From: the human T2T-CHM13v2.0 reference genome, Homo sapiens
Direction: 5' to 3' (one strand)
Length of the DNA: 64,000 nt
Assembly (NCBI RefSeq): GCF_009914755.1
Contig: NC_060934.1
In this document: positions 15,088 through 29,993 of the stretch, one piece after another
Layout of the letters: each line of letters opens with the position of its first letter
How positions within the stretch are numbered: the stretch's first letter is position 1
Made by a program: the position numbers and the translations under genes
The notes under the pieces: model-generated
Database searches by the model: none
Told to the model about the DNA's origin: nothing
What the model saw: the letters and a program-made list of their open reading frames with translations, nothing else

Positions 15088-18000
15088 GAATCATCGTCGA
15101 ATGGAAACGAATGGAATCATCATCGAATGGAAATGAAAGGAGTCATCATCTAATGGAATCGCATGGAATCATCATCAAATGGAATCGAAGGAAATCATCA
15201 TCGAATGGAATCTAATGGAATCATTGAACGGAATTGAATGGAATCGTCATCGAATGTATTGAATGCAATCATCGAATGGTCTCGAATGGAATCATCTTCA
15301 AATGGAATGGAATGGAATCATCGCATAGAATCGAATTGCATTATCATTGAATGGACTCGAATGTAATCATCTATTGAAATAGAATGGAATAATCCATGGA
15401 CTCGAATGCACTCATCATCAAATGGAATCGAATGGAATCGTCGAATGGACTCGAATGGAATAAACATTGAACGGAATCGAATGGAATCATCACCGAATGG
15501 AAACGAATGGAATCATCATCGAATGGAATCGAATGGAATCATCAAATGGAATCAGATGGAATCATCATCAAATGGAATCGAATAGAATTATGGAATGAAA
15601 TCCAATGTGATCATCATCGAATGGACTCGAACGGAATCATCATCCAATGGAAACTAGTAGAATCAACATCTAATGGACTCAAATGGAATTATCCTCAAAT
15701 GGATTCGAATGGAATTTTCGAATGCAATCGAATGGAATTATCGAATGCAATCGAATAGAATCATCGCATGGACTCGAATGGAATCATCGAATGGAATGGA
15801 ATGGAATACTCAATGAACTCGAATGGAATCATCATTGAATGGAATCGAATGGAATCACGATCAAATGGAATCAAATGTAATCACGATCAAATGGAATCGA
15901 ATGTAATCATCATCAAATGGAATCAAAAATAACCATCATCAATTGGTATTGCATGGAATTGTCATCAAATGGAACCAGATGGAATCATCATCAAATGGAA
16001 TCGAATGGAATTATGGAATGAAATCCAATGTGATCATCCTCGAATGGACTCGAACGGAATCATCATCCAGTGGAAACTAATGGAATAAACATCGAATGGA
16101 ATCGAATGGAAACACCGTCGAATTGAAACGAATGGAATTATCATGAAATTGAAATGGATGGACTTATCATCGAAAGGATTCGAATGGAATCATCGAATGA
16201 AATTGATTGAAATCCTCATCAAATGGAATCGGTTGGAATCATTGAATGAAATCGAAAGGAATCATCATCAGATGGAAATGAATGGAATCATCACAGAATG
16301 GAATTGAATGGATTCATTGAATTGAATCAGATGGAATCATCGAATGGACTTGAATGGAATCATTGAATGGACTCTAATGGAATCACTATTGCATGGAATT
16401 GAATGGAATCATGGAATGGTCTCTAATGGAATCATTATCAAATGGAATCGAATGGAATCACCGAATAGAATCGAATGGAACAATCATCGAATGGACTCAA
16501 ATGGAATTATCCTCAAATGGAACCGAATGGAATTATCGAATGCAATCGAATGGATTTATCGAATGCAATCTAATAGAATCATCGAATGGACTCGAATGGA
16601 ATCATCGAGTGGAATCGAATGGAATCATGATCAAATGGAATCGAATGTAATCGTCCTCAAATGGAATCAAAAATAACCATCATCAAATGGTATTGAATGG
16701 AATTGTCATCAAATGGAATTCAAAGGAATCATCATCAAATGGAACCGAATGGAATCCTCATTGAATGGAAATGAAAGGAGTCATCATCTAATGGAATGGC
16801 ATGGAATCATCATCAAATGGAATCGAATGGAATCATCATCAAATGGAATCTAATGGAATCCTTGAACGGAATTGAATGGAATCGTCATCGAATGAATTGA
16901 ATGCAATCATCGCATGGTCTCGAATGGAATCATCTTCAAATGGAAAGGAATGGAATCATCGCATAGAATCGAATGGAATTATCATTGAATGGACTCGAAT
17001 GGAATCAACATCAAACGGAATCAAATGGAATTATCGAATGGAATCGAAGAGAATCATCGAATTGTCACGAATGGAATCATCTAATGGAATGGAATGGAAT
17101 AATCCATGGCCCCTATGCAATCATCATCGAATAGAATCGAATGGAATCATCGAATGGACGCGAATGCAATAATCATTGAAAGGAATCGAATGGAATCATC
17201 GTCGAATGGAAACGAATGGAATCATCATCGAATGGAAATGAAAGGAGTCATCATCTAATGGAATCGCATGGAATCATCATCAAATGGAATCGAATGGAAT
17301 CATCATCGAATGGAATCTAATGGAATCATTGAACGGAATTGAATGGAATCGTCATCGAATGTATTGAATGCAATCATCGAATGGTATCGAATGGAATCAA
17401 CTTCAAATGGAATGGAATGGAATCATCGCATAGAATCGAATTGAATTATCATCGAATGGACTCGAATGTAATCATCTTTTGAAATAGAATGGAATAATCT
17501 ATGCACTCGAATGCAATCATCATCAAATGGAATCGAATGGAATCGTCGAATGGACTCGAATGGAATTAACATTGAACGGAATCGAATGGAATCATCACCG
17601 AATGGAAACGAATGGAATCATCATCGAATGGAATCGAATGGAATCATCAAATGGAATCAGATGGAATCATCATCAAATGGAATCGAATAGAATTATGGAA
17701 TGAAATCCAATGTGATCATCATCGAATGGACTCGAACGGAATCATCATCCAATGGAAACTAGTAGAATCAACATCTAATGGACTCAAATGGAATTATCCT
17801 CAAATGGATTCGAATGGAATTTTCGAATGCAATCGAATGGAATTATCGAATGCAATAGAATAGAATCATCGCATGGACTCGAATGGAATCATCGAATGGA
17901 ATGGAATGGAACACTCAATGAACTAGATTGGAATCATCATTGAATGGAATCGAATGGAATCACTATCAAATGGAATCAAATGTAATCACGATCAAATGGA

Positions 18001-21000
18001 ATCGAATGGAATCATCATCAAATGGAATCTAATGGTATCATTGAACGGAATTGAATGGAATCGGCATTGAATGAATTGAATGCAATCATCAAATAGTCTC
18101 TAATGCAATCATCTTCAAATGGAAAGGAATGGAATCATCGCATAGAATCGAATGGAATTATCATTGAATGGACTAAAATGGAATCAACATCAAACGGAAT
18201 CAAACGGAATTATCGAATGGAATTGAAGAGAATCATCGAATGGCCACGAATGGAATCATCTAATGGAATGGAATGGAATAATACATGGACCCGAATGCAA
18301 TCATCATCGAATAGAATCGAATGGAATCGTCTAATGGACTCGAATGCAATAATCATTGAACGGAATCGAATGGAATCATCGTCGAATGGAAACGAATGGA
18401 ATCATCATCGAATGGAAATGAAAGGAGTCATCATCTAATGGAATCGCATGGAATCATCAGCAAATGGAATCGAATGGAATCATCATCGAATGGAATCTAA
18501 TGGAATCATTGAACGGAATTGAATGGAATCGTCATCGAATGTATTGAATGCAATCATCGAGTGGTCTCGAATGGAATCATCTTCAAATGGAATGGAATGG
18601 AATCATCGCATAGAATCGAATTGAATTATCATCGAATGGACTCGAATGTAATCATCTATTGAAATAGAATGGAATAAACCATGGACTCGAATGCAACCAT
18701 CATCAAATGGAATCGAATGGAATCGTCGAATGGACTCGAATGGAATAAACATTGAACGGAATCGAATGGAATCATCACCGAATGGAAATGAATTGAATCA
18801 TCATCGAATGGAATGGAATGGAATCATCAAATGGAATCAGATGGAATCATCATCAAATGAAATCCAATAGAATTATGGAATGAAATCCAATGTGATCATC
18901 ATCGAATGGACTCGAATAGAATCATCATCCAATGGAAACTAATAGAATCAACATCTAATGGACTCAAATGGAATTATCCTCAAATGGATTCGAATGGAAT
19001 TTTCGAATGCAATCGAATGGAATTATCGAATGCAATCGAATAGAATCATCGCATGGACTCGAATGCAATCATCGAATGGAATGTAATGGAATAACAATGA
19101 ACTCGAATGGAATCATCATTGAATGGAATCGAATGGAATCACGATCAAATGGAATCAAATGTAATCACGGTCAAATGGAATCGAATGTAATCATCATCAA
19201 ATGGAATCAAAAATAACCATCATCAATTGGTATTGCATGGAATTGTCATCAAATTGAATTCAAAGGAATCATCATCAAAAGGAATCGAATGGAATCATCA
19301 TCAAATGGAATCTAATGGTATCATTGAACGGAATTGAATGGAATCGGCATTGAATGAATTGAATGCAATCATCGAATGGTCTCTAATGGAATCATCTTCA
19401 AATGGAAAGGAATGGAATCATCGCATAGAATCGAATGGAATTATCATTGAATGGACTAAAATGGAATCAACATCAAACGGAATCAAACGGAATTATCAAA
19501 TGGAATTGAAGAGAATCATCGAATGGCCACGAATGGAATCATCTAATGGAATGGAATGGAATAATCCATGGACCCGAATGCAATCATCATCGAATAGAAT
19601 CGAATGGAATCATCGAATGGACTCGAATGGAATAATCATTGAACGGAATCGAATGGAATCATTGTCGAATGGAAACGAAAGGAATCACCATCGAATGGCA
19701 ATGAAAGGAGTCATCATCTAATGGAATCGCATGGAGTCATCATCAAATGGAATCTAATGGAATAATCACCGAATGGAATCTAATGGAATCATTGAACGGA
19801 ATTGAATGGAATCGTCATCGAATGAATTGAATGCAATCATCGAATGGTCTCGAATGGAATCATCTTCAAATGGAATGGAATGGAATCATCGCATAGAATC
19901 GAATGGAATTATCATCGAATGGACTCAAATGGAATCAACATCAATCGGAATCAAACGGAATTATCGAATGGAATCGAAGAGAATCATCGAATGGACTCGA
20001 ATGGAATCATCTAATGAAATAGAATGGAATAATCCATAGACTCGAATGCAATCATCATCAAATGGAATCGAATGGAATCGTCGAATGGACTCGAATGCAA
20101 TAAACATTGAACGGAATCGAATGGAATCTTCACCGGATGGAAACGAATGGAATCATCATCGAATGGAAACGAATGGAATCATCAAACGGAATCAGATGGA
20201 ATCATCATCAAATGGAATCGAATAGAATTATGGAATGAAATCCAATGTGATCATCATCGAATGGAATCGAACAGAATCATCATCCATTGGAAACTAATGG
20301 AACAAACATCGAATGGAATTGAATGGAAACACCGTCGAATTGAAACGAATGGAATTATCATGAAATTGAAATGGATGGACTCATCATCGAATGGATTCGA
20401 ATGGAATCATCGAATGAAATTGAATGAAATCCTCATCAAATGGAATCGGTTGGAATCATTGAATGAAATCGAATGGAATCATCATCAGATGGAAATGAAT
20501 GGAATCATCATAGAATGGGATCGAATGGATTCATTGAATGGAATCAGATGGAATCATCGAATGGACTTGAATGGAATCATTGAATGGACTCGAATGGAAT
20601 CATTATTGCATGGAATTGAATGGAATCATCGAATGGTCTCGAATGGAATCATTATCAAATGGAATCGAATGGAATCACCGAATAGAATCGAATGGAACAA
20701 TCATCGAATGGACTCAAATGGAATTATCCTCAAATGGAACCGAATGGAATTATCGAATGCAATCGAATGGAATTATCGAATGCAATCGAATAGAATCATC
20801 GAATGGACTCGAATGGAATCATCGAATGGAAGGGAATGGAATAGTCAATGAACTCGAATGGAATCATCATTGAATGGAATCGAATGGAATCATCGAGTGG
20901 AATCGAATGTATTCATGATCAAATGGAATCGAATGGAATCATGATTGAATGGAATCGAATGGAACCATCGAGTGGAATCGAATGGAATCATGATCAAATG

Positions 21001-24000
21001 GAATCGAATGTAATCATCCTCAAATGGAATCAAAAATAACCATCATCAAATGGTATTGAATGGAATTGTCATCAAATGGAATTCAAAGGAATCATCATCA
21101 AATGGAACCGAATGGAATCCTCATTGAATGGAAATGAAAGGAGTCATCATCTAATGGAATGGCATGGAATCATCATCAAATGGAATCGAATGGAATCATC
21201 ATCAAATGGAATCGAATGGAATCCTTGAACGGAATTGAATGGAATCGTCATCGAATGAATTGAATGCAATCATCGAATGGTCTCGAATGGAATCATCTTC
21301 AAATGGAAAGGAATGGAATCATCGCATAGAATCGAATGGAATTATCATTGAATGGACTCGAATGAAATCAACATCAAACGGAATCAAATGGAATTATCGA
21401 ATGGAATCGAAGAGAATCATCGAATTGCCACGAATGGAATCATCTAATGGAATTGAATGGAATAATCCATGCCCCCTATGCAATCATCATCGAATAGAAT
21501 CGAATGGAATCATCGAATGGACTCGAATGCAATAATCATTGAAAGGAATCGAATGGAATCATCGTCGAATGGAAACGAATGGAATCATCATCGAATGGAA
21601 ATGAAAGGAGTCATCATCTAATGGAATCGCATGGAATCATCATCAAATGGAATCGAATGGAATCATCATCGAATGGAATCTAATGGAATCATTGAACGGA
21701 ATTGAATGGAATCGTCATTGAATGTATTGAATGCAATCATCGAGTGGTCTCGAATGGAATCATCTTCAAATGGAATGGAATGCAATCATCGCATAGAATC
21801 GAATTGAATTATCATCGAATGGACTCGAATGTAATCATCTATTGAAATAGAATGGAATAATCCATGGACTCGAATGCAATCATCATCCAATGGAATCGAA
21901 TGGAATCGTCGAATGGACTCGAATGGAATAAACATTGAACGGAATCGAATGGAATCATCACCGAATGGAAATGAATTGAATCATCATCGAATGGAATGGA
22001 ATGGAATCATCAAATGGAATCAGATGGAATCATCATCAAATGGAATCCAATAGAATTATGGAATGAAATCCAATGTGATCCTCATTGAATGGACTCGAAT
22101 AGAATCATCATCCAATGGAAACTAATAGAATCAACATCTAATGGACTCAAATGGAATTATCCTCAAATGGATTCGAATGGAATTTTCGAATGCAATCGAA
22201 TGGAATTATCGAATGCAATCGAATAGAATCATAGCATGGAGTCGAATGCAATCATCGAATGGAATGTAATGGAATAACAATGAACTCGAATGGAATCATC
22301 ATTGAATGGAATCGAATGGAATCACGATCAAATGGAATCAAATGTAATCACGATCAAATGGAATCGAATGTAATCATCATCAAATGAAATCAAAAATAAC
22401 CATCATCAATTGGTATTGAATGGAATTGTCATCAAATGGAATTCAAAGGAATCATCATCAAATGGAATCGAATGGAATCATCATCAAATGGAATCTAATG
22501 GTATCATTGAACGGAATTGAATGGAATCGGCATTGAATGAATTGAATGCAATCATCGAATGGTCTCTAATGGAATCATCTTCAAATGGAAAGGAATGGAA
22601 TCATCGCATAGAATCGAATGGAATTATCATTGAATGGACTAAAATGGAATCAACATCAAACGGAATCAAACGGAATTATCAAATGGAATTGAAGAGAATC
22701 ATCGAATAGCCACGAATGGAATCATCTAATGGAATGGAATGGAATAATCCATGGACCCGAATGCAATCATCATCGAATAGAATCGAATGGAATCATCGAA
22801 TGGACTCGAATGGAATAATCATTGAACGGAATCGAATGGAATCATCGTTGAATGGAAACGAATGGAATCATCATCGAATGGCAATGAAAGGAGTCATCAT
22901 CTAATAGAATCGCATGGAGTCATCATCAAATGGAATCGAATGGAATCATCATCGAATGGAATCTAATGGAATCATTGAACGGAATTGAATGGAATCGTCA
23001 TCGAATGAATTGAATGCAATCATCGAATGGTCTCGAATGGAATCATCTTCAAATGGAATGGAATGGAATCATCTCATAGAATCGAATGGAATTATCATCG
23101 AATCGACTCAAATGGAATCAACATCAATCGGAATCCAACGGAATTACCGAATGGAATCGAAGAGAATCATCGAATGGATTCGAATGGAATCATCTAATGA
23201 AATAGAATGGAATAATCCATGGACTCGAATGCAATCATCATCAAATGGAATCGAATGGAATCGTCGAATGGACTCGAATGGAATAAACATTGAACGGAAT
23301 CGAATGGAATCATCACCAGATGGAAACGAATAGAATCGTCATCGAATGGAATCGAATGGAATCATCAAATGGAATCAGATGGAATCATCATCAAATGGAA
23401 TCGAATAGAATTTTGGAATGAAATCAAATGTGATCATCATCGAATTGACACGAAAGGAATCGTCATCCAATGGAAACTAATGGAATCAACATCGAATGGA
23501 ATCGAATGGAAACACCATCGAATTGAAACGAATGGAATTATCATGAAATTGAAATGGATGGACTCATCATCGAATGGATTCGAATGGAATCATCGAATGA
23601 AATTGATTGAAATCATCATCAAATGGAATCGAATGGAATCATTGAATGGAATCGAATGCAATCATCATCAGATGGAAATGAATGGAATCATCATAGAATG
23701 GAATCGAATGGATTCACTGAATGGAATCAGATGAAATCATCGAATGGACTTGAATGGAATCATTGAATGGACTCGAATGGAATCATTATTGCATAGAATT
23801 GAATGGAATCATCGAATGGTCCTGAATGGAGTCATTATCAAATGGAATCGAATGGAATCACCGAATAGAATCGAATGGAACAATCATCAAATGGACTCAA
23901 ATGTAATTATCCTCAAATGGAACCGAATGGAATTATCGAATGCAATCGAATGGAATTATCGAATGCAATCGAATAGAAAGATCGAATGGACTCGAAAGGA

Positions 24001-27000
24001 ATCATCGAATGGAAGGGAATGGAATAGTCAATGAACTCGAATGGAATCATCATTGAATGGAATCGAATGGAATCATCGAGTGGAATGGAATGGATTCATG
24101 ATCAAATGGAATCGAATGGAATCATCATTGAATGGAATCGAATGGAATCATCGAGTGGAATCGAATGGAATCATGATCAAATGGAATCGAATGTAATCAT
24201 CCTCAAATGGAATCAAAAATAACAATCATTAATTGGTATTGAATGGAATTGTCATCAAATGGAATTCAAAGGAATCATCAAAAGGAACCGAATGGAATCC
24301 TCATTGAATGGAAATGAAAGGAGTCATCATCTAATGGAATGGCATGGAATCATCATCAAATGGAATCGAATGGAATCATCATCAAATGGAATCTAACGGA
24401 ATCCTTGAACGGAATTGAATGGAATCGTCATCGAATGAATTGAATGCAATCATCGAATGGTTTGGAATGGAATCATCATCAAATGGAAAGGAATGGAATC
24501 ATCGCATAGAATCTAATGGAATTATCATTGAATGGACTCGAATGGAATCAACATCAAACAGAATCAAATGGAATTATCGAATGAAATCGAAGAGAATCAT
24601 CGAATTGCCACGAATGGAATCATCTAATGGAATGGAATGGAAGAATCCATGACCCCAATGCAATCATCATCGAATAGAATCGAATGGAATCATCGAATGG
24701 ACTCGAATGCAATAACCATTGAAAGGAATCAAATGGAATCATCGTCGAATGGAAATGAAAGGAGTCATCATCTAATGGAATCGCATGGAATCATCATCAA
24801 TTGGAATCGAATGGAATCATCATCGAATGGAATCTAATGGAATCATTGAACGGAATTGAATGGAATCGTCATCGAATGTATTGAATGCAATCATCGAATG
24901 GTCTCGAATGGAATCATCTTCAAATGGAATGGAATGGAATCATCGCATAGAATCGAATGGAATTATCATGGAATGGACTCGAATGGAATCATCTTATGAA
25001 ATAGAATGGAATAATCCATGGACTCGAATGCAATCATCATCAAATGGAATCGAATGGAATCATCGAATGGACACGAATGGAATAAACATTGAACGGAATC
25101 GAATGGAATCATCACCGAATGGAAACGAATGGAATCATCATCGAATGGAATCGAATGGAATCATCAAATGGAATCAGATGGAATCATCATCAAATGGAAT
25201 CGAATAGAATTATGGAATGAAATCCAATGTGATCATCATCGAATGGACTCGAACGGAACCATCATCCAATGGAAACTAATGGAATCAACAACGCATGGAA
25301 TCGAATGGAAACGCCATCGAATTGAAACGAATGGAATTATCATGAAATTGAAATGGATGGACTCATCATCGAATGGATTCGCATGGAATCATCGAATGAA
25401 ATTTATTGAAATCATCATCATATGGAATCGAAAGGAATCATTGAATGGAATCGAATGGAATCATCATCAGATGGAAATGAATGGAATCATCAGAGAATGG
25501 AATCGAATGGATTCATTGAATGGAATCAGATGGAATCATCGAATGGACTTGAGTGGAATCATTGAATGGACTCGAATGGAATCATTATTCAAAGGAATTG
25601 AATGGAATCATCGAATGGTCTCGAATGGAATCATTATCAAATGGAATCGAATGGAACCACCGAATAGAATCCAATGGAACAATCATCGAATGGACTCAAA
25701 TGGAATTATCCTCAAAAGGAATCGAATGGAATTATCGAATGCAATCGAATGGAATTATCGAATGCAATCGAATAGAATCATCGAATGGACTCGAATGGAA
25801 TCGTCGAAAGGAATGGAATGGAATAGTCAATGAACTCGAATGGATCATCATTGAATGGAATCGAATGGAATCATCGAGTGGAATCGAATGGAATCATGAT
25901 CAAATGGAATCGAATGTAATCATCATCAAATGGAATCAAAAATAACCTTCATCAATTGGTATTGAATAGAATTGTCATCAAATGGAATTCAAAGTAATCA
26001 TCATCAAATGGAATCGAATGGAATCATCATCAAATGGAATCTAATGGTATCATTGAACGGAATTGAATGGAATTGGCATTGAATGAATTGAATGCAATCA
26101 TCGAATGGTCTCTAATGGAATCATCTTCAAATGGAAAGGAATGGAATCATCGCATAGAATCGAATGGAATTATCATTGAATGGACTAAAATGGAATCAAC
26201 ATCAAACGGAATCAAACGGAATTATCGAATGGAATCAAAGAGAATCATCGAATGGCCACGAATGGAATCATCTAATGGAATGGAATGGAATAATCCATGG
26301 ACCCGAGTGCAATCATTCTCGAATAGAATCGAATGGAATAATCGAATGGACTCGAATGGAATAATCATTGAAAGGAATCAAATGAAATCATCGTCGAATG
26401 GAAACGAATGGAATCATCATCGAATTTAAATGAAAGGAGTCATCATCTAATGGAATGGCATGGAATCATCATCAAATGGAATCGAATGGAATCATCATCG
26501 AATGGAATCTAATGGAATCATTGAACGGAATTGAATGGAATCATCATTGAATGAATTGAATGCAATCATTGAATGGTCTCGAATGGAAACATCTTCAAAT
26601 GGAATGGAATGGAATCATCGCATAGAATCGAATGGAATTATCATCGAATGGACTCAAATGGAATCAACATCAAACGGAATCAAACGGAATTATCGAATGG
26701 AATCGAAGAGAATCATCGAATGACCACGAATGGAATCATCTAATGGAATGGAATGGAATAATCCATGGACCCGAATGCAATCGTCTTCGAATAGAATCGA
26801 ATGGAATCATCGAATGGACTCGAATGGAATGATCATTGAACGGAATCGAATGGAATCATCGTCGAATGGAAATGAAAGGAGTCATCATCTAATGGAATCG
26901 CATGGAATCATCATCAAATGGAATCGAATGGAATCATCATCGAATGGAATCTAATGGAATCATTGAACGGAATTGAATGGAATCGTCATCGAATGTATTG

Positions 27001-29993
27001 AATGCAATCATCGAATGGTCTCGAGTGGAATCATCTTCAAATGGAATGGAATGGAATCATCGCATAGAATCGAATGGAATTATCATCGAATGGACTCAAA
27101 TGGAATCAACATCAATCGGAATCCAATGGAATTATCGAATGGAATCGAAGAGAATCATCGAATGGACTCGAATGGAATCATCTAATGAAATAGAATGGAA
27201 GAATCCATGGACTCGAATGCAATCATCATCAAATGGAATCGAATGGAATCGTCGAATGGACTCGAATGCAATAAACATAGAACGGAATTGAATGGAATCA
27301 TCATCGGAGGTAAACGAATGCAATTATCATGGAATGGAATCGAATGGTATCATCAAATGGAATCAGATCGAATCATCATCAAATGGAATCGAATAGAATT
27401 ATGGAATGAAATCCAATGTGATCATCATCGAATGGACTCGAACGGAATCATCATTCAATGGAAACTAATGGAATCAACATCGAATGGAATCGAATGGAAA
27501 CACCATCGAATTGAAACGAATGGAATTATCATGAAATTGAAATGGATGGACTCATCATGGAATGGATTCGAATGGAATCAGCGAATGAAATTCATTGAAA
27601 TCATCATCAAATGTAATCGAATGGAATCATTGAATGGAATCGAATGGAATCCACATCAGATGGAAATGAATGGAATCATCAGAGAATGGAATCGAATGGA
27701 TTCATTGAATGGAATCAGATGGAATCATCGAATGGACTTGAATGGAATCATTGAAAGGACTCAAATGGAATCATTATTGAATGGAATTGAATGGAATCAT
27801 CGAATGGTCTCCAATGGAATCATTATCAATGGAATCGAATGGAATCACCGAATAGAATAGAATTGAACAATCATTGAATGGTCTCAAATGGAATTATCCT
27901 CAAATGGAATCGAATGGAATTATCGAATGCAATCGAATGGAATTATCGAATGCAATTGAATAGAATCAATGAATGGACTCGAATGGAATCATCGAATGGA
28001 ATGGAATGGAATAGTGAATGAACTTGAATGGAATCATCATTGAATGGAATCGAATGGAATCATCGAGTGGAATCGAATTGTATCATGATCAAATGGAATC
28101 GAATGTAATCATCATCAAATGGAATCAAAAATAACCATCATCAATTGGTATTGTATGGAATTGTCATCAAATGGAATTCAAAGGAATCATCAAATGGAAA
28201 AGAATGGAATCATCATCGAATGGAAGTGAAAGGAGTCATCATCTAATGGAATCGCATGGAATCATCATCAAATGGAATCGCACGGAATCATCATCAAATG
28301 GAATCTAATGGAATCATCATCGAATGGAATCTAATGGAATCATTGAACAGAATTGAGTGGAATGTTCATCGAATGAATTGAATGCAATCATCGAATGGTC
28401 TCGAATGGAATCATCTTCAAATGGAAAGGAATGGAATCATCACATAGAATCGAATGGAATTATCATTGAATGGACTCGAATGGAATCAAAATCACACGGA
28501 ATCAAATGGAATTATCGAATGCAATCGAAGAGAATCATCGAATGGCCACGAATGGAATCATCTAATGGAATGGAATGGAATAATCCAGGGACCCGAATGC
28601 AATCACCATCAAATAGAATCGAATGGAATCATCGAATGGACTCGAATGGAATAATCATTGAACAGAATCGAATGGAACCATCGTCGAATGGAAACGAATG
28701 GAATCATCATCGAATGCAAATGAAAGGAGTCATCATCTAATGGAATCGCATGGAATCATCATCAAATGGCATCGAATGGAATCATCATCGAATGGAATCT
28801 AACGGAATCACTGAACGGAATTGAATGGAATCGTCACCGAATGAATTGAATGCAATCATCGAATGGTCTCGAATGGAATCATCTTCAAATGGAATGGAAT
28901 GGAATCTTCGCATAGAATCGAATGGAATTATCATCGAATGTACTCAAATGGAATCAACATCAAACGGAATCAAACGGAATTATCGAATGGAATCGAAGAC
29001 AATCATTGAATGGACTCGAATGGAATCATCTAATGAAATAGAATGGAATAATCCATGGACTCGAATGCAATCATCATCAAATGGAATCGAATGGAATCGT
29101 CGAATGGACTCGAATGCAATAAACATTGAACGGAATCGAATGGAATCATCATCGGAGGTAAACGAATGGAATTATCATCGAAAGGAATCGAATGGAATCA
29201 TCAAATGGAATCAGATGGAATCATCATCAAATGGAATCGAATAGAATTATGGAATGAAATCCAATGTGGTCATCATCGAATGGACTCGAACGGAATCATC
29301 ACCCAATGGAAACTAATGGAATCAACATCGAATGGAATCGCATGGAAACGCCATCGAATTGAAACGAATGGAATTATCATGAAATTGAAATGGATGGACT
29401 CATCATCGAATGGATTCGCATGGAATCATCGAATGAAATTGATTGAAATCATCATCATATGGAATCGAATGGAATCATTGAATGGAATCGAATGGAATCA
29501 TCATCAGATGGAAATGAATGGAATCATCAGAGAATGGAATCGAATGGATTCATTGAATGGAATCTGATGGAATCATCGAATGGACTTGAGTGGAATCATT
29601 GAATGGACTCGAATGGAATCATTATTCAAAGGAATTGAATGGAATCATCGAATGGTCTCGAATGGAATCATTATCAAATGGAATCGAATGGAATCACCGA
29701 ATAGAATCGAATGGAACAATCATCGAATGGACTCAAATGGAATTATCCTCAAAAGGAATCGAATGGAATTATCGAATGCAATCGAATAGAATCATCGAAT
29801 GGACTCGAATGGAATCGTCGAAAGGAATGGAATGGAATAGTCAATGAACTCGAATGGAATCATCATTGAATGGAATCGAATGGAATCATCGAGTGGAATC
29901 GAATGGAATCATGATCAAATGGAATCGAATGTAATCATCATCAAATGGAATCAAAAATAACCTTCATCAATTGGTATTGAATAGAATTGTCAT

